Source: Nitrosopumilus sp.
GTDB lineage: Archaea; Thermoproteota; Nitrososphaeria; Nitrososphaerales; Nitrosopumilaceae
NCBI GenBank assembly: GCA_963662625.1
Contig: OY759726.1
Coordinates: 1,537,446 to 1,569,445, forward strand
DNA length: 32,000 nt
Direction of reading: 5' to 3'
A model generated the notes under the pieces. That model had not been told where the DNA came from and searched no databases. It saw only the letters and a list, made by a program, of their open reading frames with translations. Of the stretch, positions 29,428 to 32,000 are shown one piece after another; within the stretch, counting starts at the first letter, position 1; every line of letters begins with the position of its first letter. The position numbers and the translations under genes were made by a program.

Positions 29428-30000
29428 CCGTTCTCGCTCGTGAACCCGGACGGCGCCAGGTACAGCGTGTCTGGCGCGCCGGGCCCGTTGCCGGGGACGC
29501 CCTGCCAGGTGGCCGCCCTTCCCGCACCGCCTGCAGTGCCCGCTCTCCCTGCCGCTGCTGCATGAGGGCCAGGCGGGTCGGGACGGCGTCAGCCCGCTAC
29601 TCACCCGTGTTGACCACCCAGGCGTGGTTGCCACGTGCACTGGATCTGATGATGTACTCAGTTGAGGGCGGCGCGGCGGATCCTCGTAGGGCCGCCGGTT
29701 GCCGACTCTCGCTAGGCGTCCGCGCTCACCCTACCCCGTCCCAGTCTACCTCGGGGAACATCCCCTCTATCCTCCTCTTGTCCCTGTTCACCGCGTCGAT
29801 CCTGTCCCTGAGGTGCCTGGCCAGCCTCCCGTCGGCCTCGGCGGCCAGCTCCTCCTCGGCGCCCGCGATTACCGCGTTCAGCGACCTGTAGTACCTGACG
29901 TGCTCCTCCCTCGACGCGGCGGACCTGTCCTCGTCCCTCCCGCCGTCCGTGCCGCCCGCGGCGCCCCCGCCCCCGCCAGTATCGGCCGCCGTGGCGCGCC

Positions 30001-32000
30001 TCACTCCTTGTCTATGAACTCGCCGGCGCCCGGGACCTCGGGGGCCAGCCCCTTCCTCTTCCTGATGTCCGCTATGGCGGCGGCGTGGATGGACTTTGGG
30101 ACCTCGGTCCACTCCTTGAACGAGGTGTTCCACGTGGCGCGGCCGGCAGTCTGCCCCCTCATCTCCTCGGACAGGGTGAACGTCTCGGACGCCGGGATCT
30201 CGCCGGTCACTATGCTGGCGGCGCCCTTCTGGACCATGTCCATGACCTTCCCGCGCTTGCCTGAGAGGACAGTCGCGACGCTGCCCACGAGGTCGGTGGG
30301 GACGCGCACCTCTATGGCGAGCATGGGCTCCAGCACGGTGGTGCCCGCCGTCAGCAGGGCCCCCATGCACGCGCGCCTCGAGGCAGGCCCCAGCTGGGAC
30401 AGCCCCCTGTGGGCGGTGTCCTCGTGGGGGACGAAGTGCGTGAAGACGAACTTGCAGTCCCTCATCTGCTCCCTGCACAGCGGCCCCTCCTTCATGACCT
30501 CGTCAAAGCCGGAGTTTATCGAGTCGGTGGACTCTTGCACGAACTGGACGCCCTTGGTCCCGTTGATCAGCACGTTGCCCCTGGAGTCCAGCCTCATGAC
30601 CCTCTTTATCGTGTCGGTGTCCCACCCCGCCCCCTTGAGCAGGTCGGCCACCACCTTCTTGTCCTTCATGTCGCTGATCTCGCCGGTCCTCAGCATGTGC
30701 GCGATCTCCGGCTCCAGCGGCTCCACCCTCATGAATATCTTGTTGTGGCGGTTGGGAGACTTTGCCATCACCGCCTCGCAGGATCCCTTCACGGTCTCCC
30801 TGTAGTTGATGAGCGGCTCGGAGGTGACTATCTCGACCTTGGCGTCCTGGATGCGGTGGGTCGCGACGTCCAGGTGGAGGACGCCCATGCCTGCCACGAT
30901 GGTCTCGCCGCTCTCGTCGTCGATCTTCACGACCAGGTTGGGGTCCTCTATGGTAAGCTGCTTCAGGACGTCCACGAGCTTCGGCAGGTCCTTGGGGTGC
31001 TTCGGCTCCACGGCGACCTGGACCACCGGCTCCGAGACGTACTTTACCCCCTCGAACATGGGCATGCCCTTGACGGTCGAGACGGTGTTGCCCGCCCGGG
31101 CCTCGGTGAGGCCCAGCAGCGCGGGGATGTTGCCCGAGCCGAGCTCGCCGACCTGCTCCCTCTGGTTCCCCATGAAGAAGTTCACCGACTGGACGCGCCC
31201 CTCGCGCTTCTCGTCGATTATGCTGACGGTCTGCCCGTCCCTGATGGTGCCCGAGAACAGCCTCCCTATGGCCACCGGCCCGGCGGCGGGGTCGAGCACC
31301 ATGTTGACTATCATCATGATGGTGGGCCCGTCGTCGCTGCACGCCAGCAGCGCCTTGCCCACGTCGGAGTCCAGGTCGCCCTTCCAGATCTGCGGGATCC
31401 TGTATGTCTGGGCCGCGTGCGGCGGCGGGTGGTGCTTTACCACCATGCCAAGCACGGCGTCGGCCAGCGGGGCCCTCTCGACTAGATCGGGCACCTTCCC
31501 GTTCTGGTACGCGTCGATCACGTCCTTGAACGTGATGCCCTTCTCCTTCATCCTGTCCACGTTGATGGCCCACCTGTCCTTGGCGGAGCCGAACGTCACG
31601 CTGGCGTCCTGTATGGACACCTTCCACTTGTCCCTGTACTCCGGCTCGGCGTAGGTCTCCACCAGCTGGTTGAAGTTTGACACGACCCCCGCCAGCGTCT
31701 CCTGCATCTTCTCGGGCGTCAGCCTCAGCTCCTTTATGAGGCGGTCCACCTTGTTGATGAACAGCACGGGCTTCACCCTCTCCTCCAGCGCCATCCTCGT
31801 CACGGTCTCCGTCTGCGTCATGATGCCCTCCACGGCGTCGCAGACCACCACGGCCCCGTCTATCGCCCTGAGGCTCCTGATGACCCTGCCGCTAAAGTCC
31901 ACGTGGCCGGGGGTGTCTATCATGTTGATCACGTACTCCCTGTCCTTCTGGGTGAAGTGCAGCGTCACGTTTGCCTGGTATATGGTGATGCCCCTCTCCT
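30001..32000 (-). CDS. fusA: Translation elongation factor 2 (aEF-2); N-terminus lies beyond the right edge
   Basis: The frame stays open to the window end (..ERGITIYQANVTLHFTQ..). Motifs: NMIDTPGHVDFSG (G3), FINKVDR (G4), domain IV loop FVPHEDTAHRG (diphthamide His region). Stop at 30001. The M at 31968 in the track is internal. Confidence 0.95.
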   Translation of the reverse strand, partial: ERGITIYQANVTLHFTQKDREYVINMIDTPGHVDFSGRVIRSLRAIDGAVVVCDAVEGIMTQTETVTRMALEERVKPVLFINKVDRLIKELRLTPEKMQETLAGVVSNFNQLVETYAEPEYRDKWKVSIQDASVTFGSAKDRWAINVDRMKEKGITFKDVIDAYQNGKVPDLVERAPLADAVLGMVVKHHPPPHAAQTYRIPQIWKGDLDSDVGKALLACSDDGPTIMMIVNMVLDPAAGPVAIGRLFSGTIRDGQTVSIIDEKREGRVQSVNFFMGNQREQVGELGSGNIPALLGLTEARAGNTVSTVKGMPMFEGVKYVSEPVVQVAVEPKHPKDLPKLVDVLKQLTIEDPNLVVKIDDESGETIVAGMGVLHLDVATHRIQDAKVEIVTSEPLINYRETVKGSCEAVMAKSPNRHNKIFMRVEPLEPEIAHMLRTGEISDMKDKKVVADLLKGAGWDTDTIKRVMRLDSRGNVLINGTKGVQFVQESTDSINSGFDEVMKEGPLCREQMRDCKFVFTHFVPHEDTAHRGLSQLGPASRRACMGALLTAGTTVLEPMLAIEVRVPTDLVGSVATVLSGKRGKVMDMVQKGAASIVTGEIPASETFTLSEEMRGQTAGRATWNTSFKEWTEVPKSIHAAAIADIRKRKGLAPEVPGAGEFIDKE

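Larger units (their letters stand above)
26400..29430. mobile_element. Mosaic accessory region: AT-rich gene cassettes interleaved with GC-rich IS630-like remnants
   Basis: Composition alternates: AT-rich 26400-27400, GC-rich 27456-28454, AT-rich 28460-29240, then a GC-rich transposase fragment. The region is inserted between the HAD-argS operon and the aEF-2 gene. Boundaries are judged by eye. Confidence 0.5.

Noticed and set aside
29647-29710. Possible C/D-box sRNA (TGATGA at 29647-29652)
   Set aside because: No CTGA D box lies at the expected 50-70 nt distance on that strand. There are no C'/D' pair and no terminal stem.
29726-29998. Helical-looking minus-strand peptide downstream of aEF-2 (..EEHVRYYRSLNAVIAGAEEELAAEADGRLARHLRDRIDAVNRDKRRIEGMFPEVDWDGVG*)
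   Set aside because: Codon-by-codon inspection finds no ATG, GTG or TTG in frame between the EF-2 stop (30001) and a GTG only 19 codons before the stop. The long track ORF (29726..30478) gets its start from inside EF-2. It may be a remnant or use an unusual start, but it cannot be supported as a gene.

Overview
GC-rich archaeal chromosome segment. Archaeal-type ProRS, ArgRS, aEF-2, a DRG GTPase, Thi4 and CofE are present, and TATA-like boxes sit about 25-35 bp upstream of many start codons. Gene content plus high GC suggests a Cenarchaeum-like thaumarchaeote, but that cannot be verified from this window. Because of the GC content, nearly every real gene is shadowed by long spurious ORFs in other frames, and several track ORFs fuse a real gene to a shadow N-terminus. 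The core contains housekeeping genes and a clear sulfur-handling neighbourhood: an EgtB-like protein, TusA, a thi4-unknown-trxB operon, sulfite reductase and a tandem rhodanese. It also holds an Mrr type IV restriction gene. The most striking core gene encodes a 697-aa collagen-like protein with 139 uninterrupted G-X-Y triplets, preceded by a 51-bp proline-rich tandem repeat. Sharply AT-rich segments interrupt the core at about 5.5-6.25, 19.56-21.13, 21.48-23.33, 26.40-27.40 and 28.46-29.24 kb. These look like accessory or foreign DNA. They carry: (i) an ATGA-overlapped ABC-type ATPase plus small TOPRIM-like protein pair, a candidate OLD/PARIS/AbiL-like defence module; (ii) a decaying AAA+/DUF4143-type ATPase pseudogene with a triplicated 34-bp TATA-bearing repeat; (iii) a stand-alone Zn-ribbon plus PD-(D/E)xK nuclease-like protein; (iv) a wHTH plus unknown 111-aa overlapped pair bracketed by two IS630-like transposase remnants. 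No tRNA, rRNA, integrase or bona fide CRISPR array was found.
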